A model generated the notes under the pieces. That model was not told the origin of the DNA, ran no database searches, and saw nothing but the letters and a program-made list of their open reading frames with translations. 64,000 nt of DNA from positions 2,457,003 to 2,521,002 of the forward strand of contig MU058065.1 in the NCBI GenBank assembly GCA_013265495.1. Direction: 5' to 3'. Made by a program: the position numbers and the translations under genes. Shown piece after piece: positions 24,620-38,335 of this stretch. The DNA is from Vicugna vicugna. Lineage: Eukaryota. Positions within the stretch are counted from its first letter, which is position 1; each line of letters opens with the position of its first letter.

Positions 24620-26800
24620 AATTCACCTTTTTAATTTTTCAGAAGTTTTTTTTTGTTCTTTTAATTTATACAAGCAATTTAGAAGCGCTCTCTTCTTCTT
24701 CCACAGAAATGTACCTTTTTGAACTCTGTCTCTAATGAGTCAATTTTGGAAAACTGTATTCTTCTACATAATTATCCATTTAATCTAATTTTTCACATGT
24801 ATTTGTATAGAAGTCTGCAAAGTATCTTATTTTAAAAAACTCTTCTATTTCATTCTTCTTTTAATGAATGTCATTAATTTTGTGTGTTTGTGCTTTCTCC
24901 CTCAATTAAGTTAGTTAGTGCTTTGCTTATTTTGTTGATGTTTAAAAAATTACTTATCTTGTTTTACTAATTAGATACACTGTTTTTTTCCTGTTGTCTC
25001 ATTAATTCCTGTCTTTATATTTATTATTTCTTTTCTTGTGTTATATTTTGGTTTACTTTGTTGTGGTGGTGGTGGTGGTGGATTTCACTTATTTTTTTGG
25101 GTTTCATGAGTTGGTCCCACAGATTCTGAATTGCAGTGTTTCAACCAATTATAAGTCTCCTTTTGTCTTTGCTTACCTCTGTTTTGGGCTTTATATCAAA
25201 AGCTCTTGATCACTCAACTTTGCTATCATAATTCTTTAGTAATATGGCTTATATAGTATTGATTTCTGTATATGGACTCTAGAGAGCTTAACAGATTTTT
25301 AGAGATTTTACAAATAATAAGTAGGCCCATTTGGTCATGCCTTAGAGAGAAATAATGTCTGAGTCAAAAATAAAATAATCATTTTTAGAAGTTCTGTTAT
25401 TTTGGTTGTATAGTTCCTTGTACTTAATAGCTATTTGATAAAAACATTTTCATTTTAAAGGTTTCAAAACAAACCTTTCATTTTGGAATGATTTTGTATT
25501 TACAGAACGTTTGCAAAAATAGTACAGAGTTCCCATATAGTCTTCAACCAGTTTCCCCTATTGTTAATGCCTTACATTATTGGGAGACCTCTGTCGAAAC
25601 TGAGAGCCAACCCTGGTGCACTGTGCTGTGAACCATACTCCAGACTTCATTTGGATTTCTTCAGTTTTTCCATTAATGTGCTCCTTCTGTTCCCAGATCC
25701 TTCCTGAACGTTGTGTCACATTTAGTTGTCCTTTGACCTGTGACAGTTTAATAGTAGCTTTTAAATTTCCAGGAGGAAGGGCCTTGGCTTTAAAAAAGAA
25801 CCTTTATTAATTATTGACTTACTGTATTGCCATCAGAGAGTGTTATTTTTCTAACTTATGCAACGTATTGTTTCCCTTGTGACCTAATATTTGATCACTT
25901 TTGTAAATATGCTGTGTGTGCCCGAGAAGGAAATGTGCTCTCTGTTATTGGGGTTAGAGTTCAAATAGATCCATAAGAGCTATCTTACTGAATATATTAG
26001 GTCTTCTATATCTTTATTTATTGTCTACTTGATTTATTTTCTACTGAGAGTGGAAGTCTCCTACTATTGGTGTGTTTCTGTTTCTCTTTGTATCTCCTTT
26101 GTTCTGCTTTATGAAAGTAGTTTCTACTTCATTCGGTGCATTGACACTTGCAGCAGTTTGATCCTTATTGTAAATTTTAAAACTTAGTATTTAGAAGATC
26201 TTTTGTTCTTGTCAGTGATGTTTGGCTTGATTCTACTCATCTGAGATGTCAGAATCTGAAAGATTGCTTCCTTATAATTTCCATTTTCCTGGTATACCAT
26301 TGTCCATCACTTCATTTTAAACCTTGGAATCACTTTGTTTTAGGTATGTCCCTTGAATACAGCATAAAATTAGGTTTCACTCTGTGAGCATAACAAAGAT
26401 TTACGTCTTTTAATAGATGAGTTAAATCCATCCACGTTTATTAATAGGACTTTTGTGTTTGATCTTGACTTTAAAGAATTATTTTGTATGTACTACATTG
26501 TTTTCTGTATTTCTCTGTGATTTTTTGTTTGTTTATGTTTGCTTTTTAAGGTTTTTTTCTTTTGCTATTTAGGAAGGTTTTATTTCACTAGTAGTTCCTT
26601 TTGTACTATTCAAAGGTCCCCATTCCTATGCTTTCTTATTTAATCCTCACTATCTGGTTTGTGATTTTTTAATAATATCCTTTGACATCCACTGATTGCC
26701 TCTTCACCAATCAGTGAACTCACTCTGCTGTCCTCACTGATTAATGGATGTATGATTTATTTCTAGTTCTTGGCAATTATGAATAAAGCTACTATAAACA
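24620..26800 (-). mobile_element. Old L1M fragments, including an L1MC-type 3' end at ~25470-25740
   Basis: T-rich reverse-strand L1 texture, including TTTACAGAACGTTTGCAAAAATAGTACAGAGTTCCCATATA. Confidence 0.7.
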
Positions 26801-26810
26801 ATAAAAAAGG

Positions 26811-27383
26811 GCTCACCCCAATGTTCACAGTCACATTATTTACAATAGCCAAAACATGGAAACAACCTAAATGTCCATCAACAGGTGAATGGATAAAGAA
26901 GTTGTGGTATATATATATATACAATGGCATAGTACTCAGTCATACAGAGGAATAAGGTAATGCCATTTGCAGCAACATGGATGGATCTGGAGATTATAAT
27001 TCTAAGTGAAGTGAGCCAAGAAGAGAAAGAAAAATACCACATGATATCACTTATATGTGAAATCTAAAAAAAAAGACACAAATGAACTTATTTGCAAAAC
27101 AGAAACAGACTCACAGACGTAGAGGACACAATTATGGTTACTGGGAGGAAAAGGGGTGGGAAGGGCTAAACTGGGAGTTCGATATTTACTAATCACTGTA
27201 TGTGAAATAGATAAAACAACAAGTTTAGACTGTTCAGTACAGGGAACTATATTCAATATCTTATAGTAATCTATGATGAAAAAGAATATGAAAACAAATA
27301 TGTGTATCTACATACATGACTGAAACATTATGCTGTACACCAGAAATTGGCACAACACTGTAAATGGATTATACGTCAATTTT
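26811..27383 (+). mobile_element. 5'-truncated lineage-specific L1 3' end
   Basis: Encodes the ORF2 tail [23 protein letters not shown] followed by an L1 3'UTR. Candidate 9-bp TSD TAAAAAAGG at 26802-26810 and 27384-27392. Confidence 0.92.
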
Positions 27384-27406
27384 TAAAAAAGGTTAAAAGA
27401 CAAAAA

Positions 27407-28270
27407 TGGCTCTCTGGGTGAAGATGGCAGAGTGTAGTGGCAGCTGTTCGCTGACTGCTTTCAGCCTGTCTGCTAAACTTATTCAGATTGAATGTGTTCT
27501 GACTGCTGTAGCTGGGGAGACCCTTCAGTGGGAATTAGAACTGCAAATGGTGTGGTATTCGCAACAGAGAAGAAACAGAAATCCACTCTGTAGGGTGAGT
27601 GAAGCGTACACAAAGTGGAAGTGATGCCCAAGCATAGAGGTTTGGTGGGGTGAGCCCAGCCTGCAGAGTGCTGGTGCCCAGAGCTGGAAAACCAGCTCAG
27701 CAGCACTATCTCGTTTACTAAGAACCCATTGCTGCAACTCTGCTGGTGCAGAGCGTAACCCCTGTGATGCAGGAATACACCCAGTCAGGTGGAGTTTCTT
27801 ATTCACTTGTGGTTGGAAAAAGGGACAACCCTATTTATTCAGTCAGATACCTACAGACCTTACTTTGCCTGAAAAGTCACATCATGGGGAAGAACTATGT
27901 GACTGGGAGAACGAACCTTGAGAAAAGATACAATGACGATCTAGAGCTGGAAGATGCTACTCAAACAGCCAAATTAACCCTAAAGGAGCACTTTGAAAGG
28001 CAAATGACAGAGGATTACATAGACGTTGGAGTCTGCGGGGAAGCCAGACCTACGAGGCTTACTCCAGCTAAAGTTAAGGATTACCTGGCTGCCATAACAT
28101 CATCATAATGTGATGGAAAAATCCAGAATTTCAGATAACCTGGCTTAAACATATTTAAAGTATGATTTGTTCTACAAACTTTTCCCATACTTATTTCTAC
28201 ATAGTTTAATGGACTGGTGTTTTTCAAATGACACTTATAAATCAGGGTAAATTGTTAAATACAGAAAAAA
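27407..28270 (+). pseudogene. PSMA2: Processed pseudogene of proteasome subunit alpha-2
   Basis: ATG at 27424 opens MAECSGSCSLTAFSLSAKLIQIECVLTAVAG (PSMA2: [31 protein letters not shown]). The C-terminal part reads [25 protein letters not shown]...[13 protein letters not shown]. It is intronless, has frameshifts and an in-frame TAG (~27591), retains PSMA2-like 5' and 3' UTRs, and has a short A tail and a candidate TSD AAAAATGG. Confidence 0.96.
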
Positions 28271-28549
28271 TGGTACACCACACCCTCTTATACTTCTATT
28301 CTTTCCTCTAAATTCTTCCCACTGATTGGAGAATATCTCTGCCATAGGGTGTAACTCCTACTTTTCATTCAAAACAGCTCTGAAAGCAGTTGATTTATGA
28401 ATTTTTTCCTTGAGCCAACAGGCTGGGTTAAGTGCCCCTCTTCTACTCAGCCCTGTACCACGACATTAGAAACTTCCAAATAAACCTAGTCACAAGTCAT
28501 TTTCCAGCTTCTTCTGTCACGATGGTCCATCGTATGTTTATAGATAGGT

Positions 28550-28790
28550 TTGCATAGTGATTAAGGGAGAGAGCTTTTATATCAGACTTCCAGGATTAAA
28601 ATTCTGGTTCTCCTAGATCTTGGGCAATTTTCCTTACTCTGAGCCTCTTTCTTTATAGGCAGTATGGAGATTTTACTACCACCACCTTCTACATAAAATC
28701 AAGGGTCGTGATAACATGAAGTTAATTCTCTTAGCAAGTTGTCTCACACTTGCTAAGCACTCTCTACATAGTAGCTGTTGCTACCATTAG
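28550..28790 (+). mobile_element. MIR SINE
   Basis: TAGTGATTAAGGGAG...CAGACTTCCAGGATTAAAATTCTGG...CTTGGGCAA...CTCTGAGCCTC. Confidence 0.65.
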
Positions 28791-30539
28791 CGATAGTTAG
28801 CAATAGTGTATCTCATGCTGGATTTTGCTTCTTTTTCCTAAAGTGTGATCGGCATTGGAAGCCCAGTATCTGAGCTGCAAGAACTTTCTACCATGTTAAA
28901 AGTTCAACCTAGAGTTAAGTACACAGAAAGAAGGAAGTCAAATTATGTATAGTGATACAGAGGAGAAGGCAGTGAACTCAAGCTGTGAAGAAATATCAAG
29001 AATGGGTTAGACCTCGGGAAGAAAATGCTCTATCAGGCTTATTCTAATGGTGGAGAGTAGATCAATCTGGCCAGAGGAGACATTTGCATCAACCCAGAAG
29101 TGGCATAGATTAGAATTTTTACATAAGGAGCTATTTCAAGTTATCTTTAGAAGAGGATTTGGACTAGATTATATTGGGATTCATTTTAGGGGACTAAAAA
29201 AATTGTCAACATTTACTGATTTTTATTTTATTTCATAAGTCAAATGATAGATATTACATATTACATGTATTTTATGTTTCAACTAAGGAAAAAATCCTTA
29301 GGTAATTCATATATCCTGATGAATTTTCTTTCTCTTTATGCCATTCGTAAAGTAAAACGATTGGATGGGAATATTACTAAGGCAGTCTATAGTCCTTTTT
29401 TTTTTTTTAAGGTAGTCTATAGTCTTTTAAGATTACCTTTACCCCTGACTTTCTATGACATTTTTAAAAATTCTGTTTTCCTAAGAAGATTTCTATGGTA
29501 GAGAAGGAAGAGTAAAATAGCAGCAATCTTCTTAATGCGCTTTCCTCAGTGGAGGGTCATTCAGAGTTTAATAGGATTAATTTGGCTGATGCGCTCAGTT
29601 TTAAAAAGGAATCTCTGTTCTTGTGCCAGCTGGTATGGATTTTTGACTGGTTAAAAGCTCAGATCCTGTCAGTTTCACCCAGGAGTCTGGCCCCTTAAGC
29701 TGTGACTCTGGCTGAAAGCTGCTTACAGACACTGGTTGCTAAGATGATGAATAGAAAGTGGGACAAAGATCCAGTTCCTGGGCTCCCATATGGAGCAAAT
29801 CTTCCTTGCCCTCCAGGCTGTCCCAGCCCTGTCCCTGGGACCCTCTTCCCAATCTGTGCTAATAGAAAAATCAGATTTAGAGGGAAACAGAGTCCCTCCA
29901 CCACAGGCCTCATGCACACTTGAAGATGAATTTCATCCCAAGAAGTTTCGTTCGAAAAGGCAAAGCAAAACCTGCCTATCATGGAGGCAGCATGGCAGCC
30001 CCATATGTTCCTCTGTCCCTCTCCTACGCTTCTTTCTGTATCTTCAGGCTCATTCAGGAATAGCAACCTATTGGAGGTGCTGGCATTGTCAATACCAACA
30101 GCTCTTTGATCTCCCTCCAGGTCTGGCAGGGCCACTTTTGAACTCCAATTGCTTTAAAACTTTTGCACCTTACCCTTCTTCCTCTGGATAGGAGTGGCCT
30201 TAGTGACTGAGGGCAGGGAAGCTCTAAATAATTAGGGCCAGCCTAGTGGAAGCTGAATCCATTGAGACATAGAATAGATTTTTCCCTTACACAAGAAAGT
30301 ATTGCCCATTAGCTAGATAGATTCCGTTTTTATCTTTCTTCTAAAGCTGGGAGTAAAGGAGAGCATGCCAAAATAAGCCACGTATTGATCCATGGAACAC
30401 ATTTCTCTACCTACCATGTTTTTTTGCACATTGAACTTAACTGATTGGAGAGGACTTGCTCTGGAGTGAGGGCAGGATGATGCCATCAGGTTACGTCTTG
30501 GCCTCAGTACCTGGCCCTGGAAGGCAACACTTAAGACTT

Positions 30540-30690
30540 GACTTGACTTCAGTCTAGTCCTTGCTGTACATATATGTGTTACCTGGGCAAGGTACTTAAT
30601 TTCTCTCTATATCAGTCTTCTCTTCTCTAAAGCTAGGATAATAATCATGTTTCCCTCGTAGAGTTGTATTAAGATTAGATGGACTAATTT
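30540..30690 (+). mobile_element. MIR fragment
   Basis: CCTGGGCAAGGTACTTAATTTCTCT...GGATAATAAT...GTTGTATTAAGATTAGATG. Confidence 0.65.
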
Positions 30691-31800
30691 AAATGGTCAG
30701 GGCACACCAGTTAATTTAAGGGCTGTGCAATATCTTTTTACCTCTATATTCTTTAGCCCTGAATCCGGGCTTGGCCCAAAGCAACATGTTCTATAGCCTA
30801 AATTGTATCGGAAGCAGGGGCAATGGGATGGCTAGTATACAGAAACTTTGCAGTTATAAAATAGGAGAGGATCAATCCTTGTGTGAGAGGTGAGGGGGAA
30901 CCAAGGACCATTTTTAGATTTGGGACTTCAGAGCCAGAGATGTGGATGCTAGGGAGTGGGAAGTTAGGAGAGGAAAGTGTTTTGAGACAGAAGATGAGTT
31001 TAATTGCTGATACATAGTTTTTGAGGCATTGATAGAGCATCCAGAACAAACGTCCAGCAGGCAAATGCAGGAATTGGGAAAATAATTTTTTTTGCTTACC
31101 TCTAGAGATTATGAAAATATTCTGAATATAATGTGATTTTGATGACTTTATTTTGGGTATTTTTGCTCAAAAGTTTAAATAGTATGTCATTTCCTTCTCT
31201 CCACCAGCATTTGGATGCATTTTTAACTTAATTGTTAAATTAGTCTTCTTTTTGGAGGAATTTTACATTATAACTTTTTTTTTTCCCCAGGGCTGTATAT
31301 TTTAATCTTCTTTCTCCAAGAATTTTACCCTTATCTGAACATGTTTTGATCTTTATTTTAACTTAAATGTCAGCAGAGTTGATGAACAAAGTACACTTTC
31401 TGGAACCTAGAAGTTCTAACTACACAGGATTGTGTTCATTACTTATTGCTTCATTGATTCACAACCCAGAAATCTCTCTAGATGGAAGTCCATTAGGAAA
31501 ATGTCTCTCAAAAGAGATGTTCTGAGAATAATCTTATTAGGCTAGAAGTTGCTAGGCTTATTAACTCTAGACACATGTGTCTGCAAAGGGGAGAAAAAAT
31601 GCAAATAGAATGATTATGACAAGTAAATGTTGGTAGAATATATATATTTAATTTCAGAAAATAATAATTGCATTATATCTAAATGTCAGCCTCATGCCAG
31701 GAAAAATTTGATGGTTTTTTAAGATCTAAGCTTAATAACATTAAGATGAAAAATGAAAAATTCAGTCTCTCTTCAGATATTTAGATCAATATGATTCTTT

Positions 31801-32235
31801 TTTTAAATTAAGTATAGTTGATCTACAATACTGTGTTTGTTGCTGGTATACAGCATAATGATTCATAGATATACATAGATATGTATTTCTTTTCATATTC
31901 TTTTTCATTATAGGTGATTACAAGCTATTGAAATCCCTGTGCTGTACAGTAGGACCTTATTGTTTGTATATTTTATATATAGTAGTTTGTATCTGCTAGT
32001 CCCAAACTCCTAATTTATCCCTCCCCTACCTCTTTCACCTTTGGTAACCATAAGTTTGTTTTCTATGTCTGTGAGTCTCCTTCTGTTTTGTAAATAAGTT
32101 TATTTGTATAATTTTTTTAGATTTTGCATATAAGTGATATATGACATTTGTCTTCACTTAGTATGATAATATCTAGGTCTGTCCATGTTGCTGCAGATGG
32201 CATTACTTCATTCTTTTTTATGGCTGAATAGTATT

Positions 32236-32282
<47 letters not shown>

Positions 32283-33820
32283 CACATCATCTTTATCCAG
32301 TCATCTCTTGATGGGCATTTAGGTTGCTTCCATGTCTTAGCTATTGTAAATAGTGCTGCTGTGAACATTGAGGTGCATGAATCTTTTTAAGTTAGAGTTT
32401 TCTCCAGATATATGTCCAGGAGTGGGATTGTAGGATCCCATGGTAAATCTATTTTTAGTTTTTTAGGGAATCTCCATATCATTTTCCATAGTGGTTGCAC
32501 CACATTACATTCCCACCAACAGTGTAGGAAGGTTCAATTTTCTCCACACCCGCTTCAGCATTTATTGTTTGTGGACTTTTTAATGATGACCATTCTGACT
32601 GGTGTGAGGTGATACTTCATTGTAGTTCTGATTTGCATTTCTCTGATAGCAATATCGAGCATCTTTTCACGTGCCTATTGGCTATCCGTATATCTTCTTT
32701 GGAGAAATGTCTGTTTAGGTCTTCTGCCCATTCTCTGATTAGTTGTTGCTGTTGTTGTTGTAATTGAGTTGTATGAGCAGTTTGTATATTCTAGAAATTA
32801 AAACCTTATCAGTCACAGCATTTGCAAATATTTTCTCCCATTGCATTTCTGTTCCATTCATCAAACGTCTGTTTTTGTGCCAGTAACATGCTGTTTTGAT
32901 TACTGTAGTTTAGCAGTATTGTCTGATGTCTGAGAGGGTTATGCTTCCAGCTTTGTTCTCTTCCCTAAGTATTGCTTTGGCAATTCTGAGTCTTTTGTGA
33001 CTCTATATAAATTTTAGGATTATTTGTTCTAGTTCTGTGAAAAATGTCATGGGTAATTTGATAGGGATTGCATTAAATCTGTAGATTGCTTTGGGTAGTA
33101 TGGCTCTTTTATATTGGGGGCCATATATAATATTAATTCTTCCAATCCAAGAGCATGAGATATCATTTCATTTCTTTGAATTATCTTTAATTTCCTTAAT
33201 AAATGTTTTATAGTTCTCAGAGCATAAGTCTTTCACCTCCTTGGTCAGGTTTATTCCTAAATTTTTTTTTGGACGTAATTTTGAAAGGGATTTTTTAAAA
33301 ATACTTTTTTCCTAATATTTCATTGTTAGTGTAAAGAAATGCAGCAGATTTCCATATATTAATCTTGTATCCTGCTACCTTGTTGAATTTATCAGTTCTA
33401 GTAGTTTTTGTGTGGAGTATTAAGGGTTTTCTGTATATAGTGTCATGTCATCTGCATATAGTGACAGTTTTACCTCTTCTATTCAAATTTGGATCCCTTT
33501 TATTTATTTATTTTTCTTGTCTGATTACTGTGGCTAGGTCTTCCAATACTATATTGAATAGCAGTAATGAGAATGGGCATCTTTTTCTTGTTCCAGAGTT
33601 TAGTGGGAAGGCTTTCAGCTTTTCACTGCTGAGTATTATGTTGGCTGTGGGTTTGTCATAAATAAATTTTATTATATTGAGCTTTGTTCCCTCTGTACCC
33701 ACTTTGGTAAGAGTTTTTATTGTAAATTGATGTTGAATTTTATCAAATGCTTTTTCTGCATCTATTGAGATGATCATATAGTTTTTGTTTCTTCATTTGT
33801 TGACATGGTATATATCACAC
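31801..33820 (-). mobile_element. 5'-truncated lineage-specific L1 with an internal deletion
   Basis: Minus-strand ORFs encode L1 ORF2 RT ([16 protein letters not shown]) and C-terminal motifs. 20-bp TSD TTAGATCAATATGATTCTTT 31781-31800 and TTGGATCAATGTGATTCTTT 33821-33840 (18/20). Contains (GT)21 at 32239-32280. Confidence 0.95.
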
Positions 33821-33840
33821 TTGGATCAATGTGATTCTTT

Positions 33841-35140
33841 AAATAGTCATATGTATTTCTAAATTTAAGAGAAAAAATAGTCTTTTATATATTTAAATAT
33901 ATTTCTTAATTTGAATACTCTTTATTACTTCCTGAAAATTTAGGTTTCCATTCCCTTTAGCCTGAAGAACTTCCTTTAGCATTTTTGGCAGTGCACATCT
34001 GCAGGTCATGAAATCTTATTTTTCTCTTGTCTGAAAATATCTTTATTTGATCTTGATTTTGGAAAGATAATTTTGCTGGAGATAAAATTTTGCATTCACT
34101 ATTAAAAAATATTTCAGCACTTTAAAATTATTGTTTTTGATGAGATGTCAGTAATTCTTGTTCCTTTGTGATCAATGTGTTATTTTCCTTCATCTACTGT
34201 TAAGATTTTCTCTCTGGTTTTCACCAGATGGATTATGATAGGTCTAGGAATAGTTCTCCTTGCATTAATTCTGCTTGGTGTTCATTGTAAATTTACTGCT
34301 TTTACCAAATTTGAAAAAAATTCAACCATTATTTTTTCAAAAATTGTTTCTACCCCGTACTTTCTCTTCTTTCATTCTGGGACTCCAACTACACATATAT
34401 ATAGACCTTTTGATATTGTCCCACAAGTCCCTGAGGCTATGTTCCTTTTGTCATTTTCAATATTCTTTTCTACTCATCTTTAGATGGGATCGCTTCCATT
34501 GATTTGTTTTCAAGTTGGCTGATCTTTCCTCTGTTATCCCTACTCTGATGCTAAGCCCATCTTTTAACATTTTAATTTCAGATACAGCTTGTTCTAGGTG
34601 TAGAAATTATATCTGATTCCTTTTTATGGTTTTCACTTTTCTGCTAAGATATCCTCATTTTCACACACTATAAGATTTTCCTTTACATCCTTGGGCATAA
34701 TTACAATACACGCTTTAAAATCCTAGTATGCTAATGTCAACATCTAGGTCATCTCAGGACTGGTTTATATTGTCTTTTGAGAATAAGCCATGGTTTTCTA
34801 TTAATTTGTATGTTGAACAATTTTGTATTGTATTGTGAAGAATGTGTTATGGAAACTCTTGGGTCTGTTATGTTCCTTTGAGGAATATCGATTAAAAAAA
34901 TTTCGGCCGATGACTTGCCAAACTGAAACTGAAAATTTTTGTCTCTCCTCAAATTTCAGTTTAGTTCTTTTATCCTTGAGACTGCCATCATCAAAAAGTT
35001 ATCAAAAATGGAATTTTACCCAGTGCCATTCTTGTTTTATAGGTGCTGACTCTACTCCATTTTCTGCTTGCTTTTTTTATCCTTCAGTACTTTCAATTAA
35101 TTATGTTTTATACCTTGTCCAGAGTTTGTAGCTATTATTT
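33841..35140 (-). mobile_element. Old L1M fragment (inter-ORF/ORF1 region)
   Basis: CCTTTAGCCTGAAGAACTTCCTTTAGCATTT...TGTCTGAAAATATCTTTATTT...CTGGGACTCCAACTACACAT. Confidence 0.8.
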
Positions 35141-35919
35141 ACTTGAGGGCTGATCTGATAGGAGCCACTCAACTATACTGAAAGTAGAAATACACCACTT
35201 CTTTACCTTTTCATCAGAAAATGGAATGGCTGTTGGCACTAAATTCATTGTCTTGCATACTCTTGTTCTTCTCTCATCTATTGTTTCTTTTTCCTTTTCC
35301 CATTGCCTTCCTGAAAAGAGAGAATGGTCTTGTACAAGTGGAGGATAAAATGTTTGAGCAGATGACAGGAGAGTATCCACTCTTACAGTCTTTATTCTCT
35401 CTGTATTATTAAACTGCAGGGAATTTAACTTCTGGTTAGGTAACACCTCAAGAGAGAGTGCATTGAGTATACTATTTAGATAGAAATAAAATGGAGTGCA
35501 AGTCTGAATCACAGAGATTATTTGAAATCTGCTGCTTTTCTTCATGCCAGGAAGGCTAATATTAACTCTTTGACTAGAAAATTGTAGGTGATGAGTATAA
35601 GAAAATGAATGTATAAAAAGTTATATTAAATATATTATACTAATCACAGTTATCAGCATTTCCCAAATTTTGTTTAGATGAACATGTACCCCAAATCAGT
35701 TCTCGGAAAAAGGCTATGTCATTCAATACATTTGAAAAAAATTATTTTGGGAATAGAAATGTGGGTTTATTGCCACTCACAAATTATAGATTCACCAAGA
35801 TTGGGAGTATAATAAAAGCCTCTTAACTCTGGTTAATTATGCTAAACATGATTAGTTCTTTCTTGGATGATTCAGAAAGACGTCAAGATCTTTCCTTGTC
35901 TTGCTTTCTCTTTCTACAT

Positions 35920-36260
35920 TCTCTGCCTAGATAATTTCATCCATTTCTATAGCGTTAAATACTACCTATGACTTCCCAAATTATCTTTTTAGTCAAAACA
36001 TCTTCTCTGAGTATATTTAACAGCCTACCTGACAATTCTTCTTTGATGTTTTATAGACATTTCAAAGTCAACATTCTAATCTAGAACCTTTAATTCTGCT
36101 GCCAACCCCAAATGTATTCCTACTTAGTCTTTCTTATTTCAATAAGTGTCATCACTATTTACTCATGCTGAAAAGTTTGGAGTCATCATTAATAAATTTC
36201 TCTCTTACATCCAGTCCATTAATGAGTCGTATTTGTTATTGGTCCTCTGACAACATATTC
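35920..36260 (+). mobile_element. L2 fragment
   Basis: ATGACTTCCCAAATT...CAGCCTACCTGACAATTC...GGAGTCATC...ACATCCAGTCCAT. Confidence 0.7.
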
Positions 36261-38149
36261 CTTGAGCCAATCTACTAGTCCAAGACATTACGATCAGTTA
36301 AATATGGGAAAAAAATTATCATTTTATTCTCTGAGAACTGAAGTCCTATGGATTATTCTCTTGCATAAAACTGAAAAATTTGCAAGTATGTGGAAAGTAA
36401 ATGGCACACTGCTGAACAAACAAAGAGTCAAAGAAGACACTTTGCTTTAAAAAGAGATGTTTATTCATCATGAATCTGGATCTAAGTGTTTGGATGGATA
36501 GAACCAAGTGCAACAGAAAATTTAAGACTATCTTTTCTTCTAACATGAAAAAGTCAGTATTTTGTATTTCATTGGATACACTACCAAACATTTTCTAGAC
36601 CCTGAGGTTGTATATTTTATGATGTCACTGCAAAATAGTTGCCATGATTGGCTTTTTGAAATAGTTAATTTAACTTCTTTTCAACACATGTGAATTTTTA
36701 TGTCTCATAGGAAGATAGAGCCTAGATTATTTCATTGCATTTATGAGTTTCCTATAATGCAAATGTTTACTTGGAAAGAAAAACAGAAGAAAATAAAAAC
36801 CTCTTGGCTTTTGAGAGTGAACGTCACCATAGAGTTGAGTCCAAACTTACAGGATCAAGAAGTGTATTTTGTGTTGAAAAATGAATATATTAACAATAGT
36901 AACAGTGTTCAGTAAGTTTACTTCTCAACTTTCAAACAAACTGAATGTCATATTGGCTGATTGTGGTGCTGAAACTCAAACAGCTAAATCCTCCATCTTA
37001 TGACTCATTTCCTCTAGTTAGTCACTGAGTCATAACTCATCTTTGTTCATCATATCTGCGCAAAAGGTCTGAAGATGAACTTCAAAGTACCTTATGTTCT
37101 TTTTAACTAGGTAGGGAGGTATCTAAGTACATCTCCATTTTCTTTCAAATATTTATTAAGTGACTGTGATGAGCAGCAACATGAGTTATCATTAAACACT
37201 GACTAGATGGTTCCCCGCATTTTCCTTTCTTGTAAACTTGTCCTCCTTTAAACTTTCTTTAACATTCACATCCCCTTTCTGTTTCTAACACAATCCAAGT
37301 AAACTAACTTTATGGCTGGAATTGAGTTAAAATTTTCCCATGACGGATACCAAGTTTTAAAATGGAGTCAAAAAATCCACTCCCTTTCAAAAGTTACTTT
37401 CCTTGAGTTACCCGACAGTTATCCCACCCATTTTCTATATTTAGTTTCTGCACCAAAACAATAATTTCCTCTGTTGTCATGTCCCGATGTTCCTCCACCA
37501 GCTAGAAGAGCTAGTTGCTGAGACAGGATAATAGAACCATTCCTAAGAGGACATGGTGGCTGGATTCAAAACATGGAGGCAGAAATCTGAGAGGTAGATG
37601 ACTTTAATTTATGTCTGTATTATAATCAGGATAATAATGACATTAGCTTGATATGTGTGTATGGACTTTATCACTCTGAGTCACTCTCCATTTTCTGTGT
37701 TGGAGAGAAGGAAACCTTAGAGAAATTTTGGCTGAATGACTAGGGAAGAGTAGAAACAGTATGTGCTAGATTTGATGGAACTGGGAGGCCTCAAAAATGC
37801 TAAGAATAGGTTGTATCCTATTTTCTAACAGCGATTGTTTTGTACTTGTTTGTAATGAACAAAAAACCTACCTTCTTAATCAGAATGAGTTTCATTTGCA
37901 GGTAAGAAACATTCTCTGAGAAAGGATAAGAATTTGGGTCCATACAGCTTAGATCTTGGTTTGTTCCAAGAGTCCATACAAAGTCACTTTAAAAAATACA
38001 TCCTACGGTTTCTCCTTCTTTAGGACAGTGATGATATTGTTCAGTGACCTTTTAAAGTCTGTTAATGACAATCAGAAGCATTGCTAGGGGAAGATCAGAA
38101 TAAATAATCTTTCTCCTTGAGCACATTCTGCAAATGTAGCTCACTTTCA

Positions 38150-38335
38150 ACAGCATTTTTATAGTGATATGCTGCCTAAAGTTAACAAAACTATATTGAG
38201 CACTTAAACATTTTGTAAAGAGGGTAAATCTCACGTAAAATGTTCTTACCACACACACACAAACTAACAACAAAGAATAAAAGAAACAAAGGAGCAGGAG
38301 GAGACTTGTGAAGGTGTCATACACCTTCACAGACA
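38150..38335 (+). mobile_element. L1 3'UTR fragment
   Basis: GAGGGTAAATCTCACGTAAAATGTTCTTACCACACACAC...GCAGGAGGAGACTT. Confidence 0.65.

Noticed and set aside
27746..28108. 120-aa ORF resembling a proteasome subunit, as a functional retrogene
   Set aside because: It is a frame-mosaic remnant of the PSMA2 pseudogene. Upstream frameshifts, a stop and many substitutions at conserved residues argue against function.
29695..30191. Overlapping 146-aa (-) and 133-aa (+) ORFs
   Set aside because: No recognisable domain or clear splice structure. Consistent with chance in a locally GC-richer stretch.
26811..32370. Inverted pair of similar L1 3' ends as the termini of one large element
   Set aside because: Each has its own TSD, so they are independent insertions.
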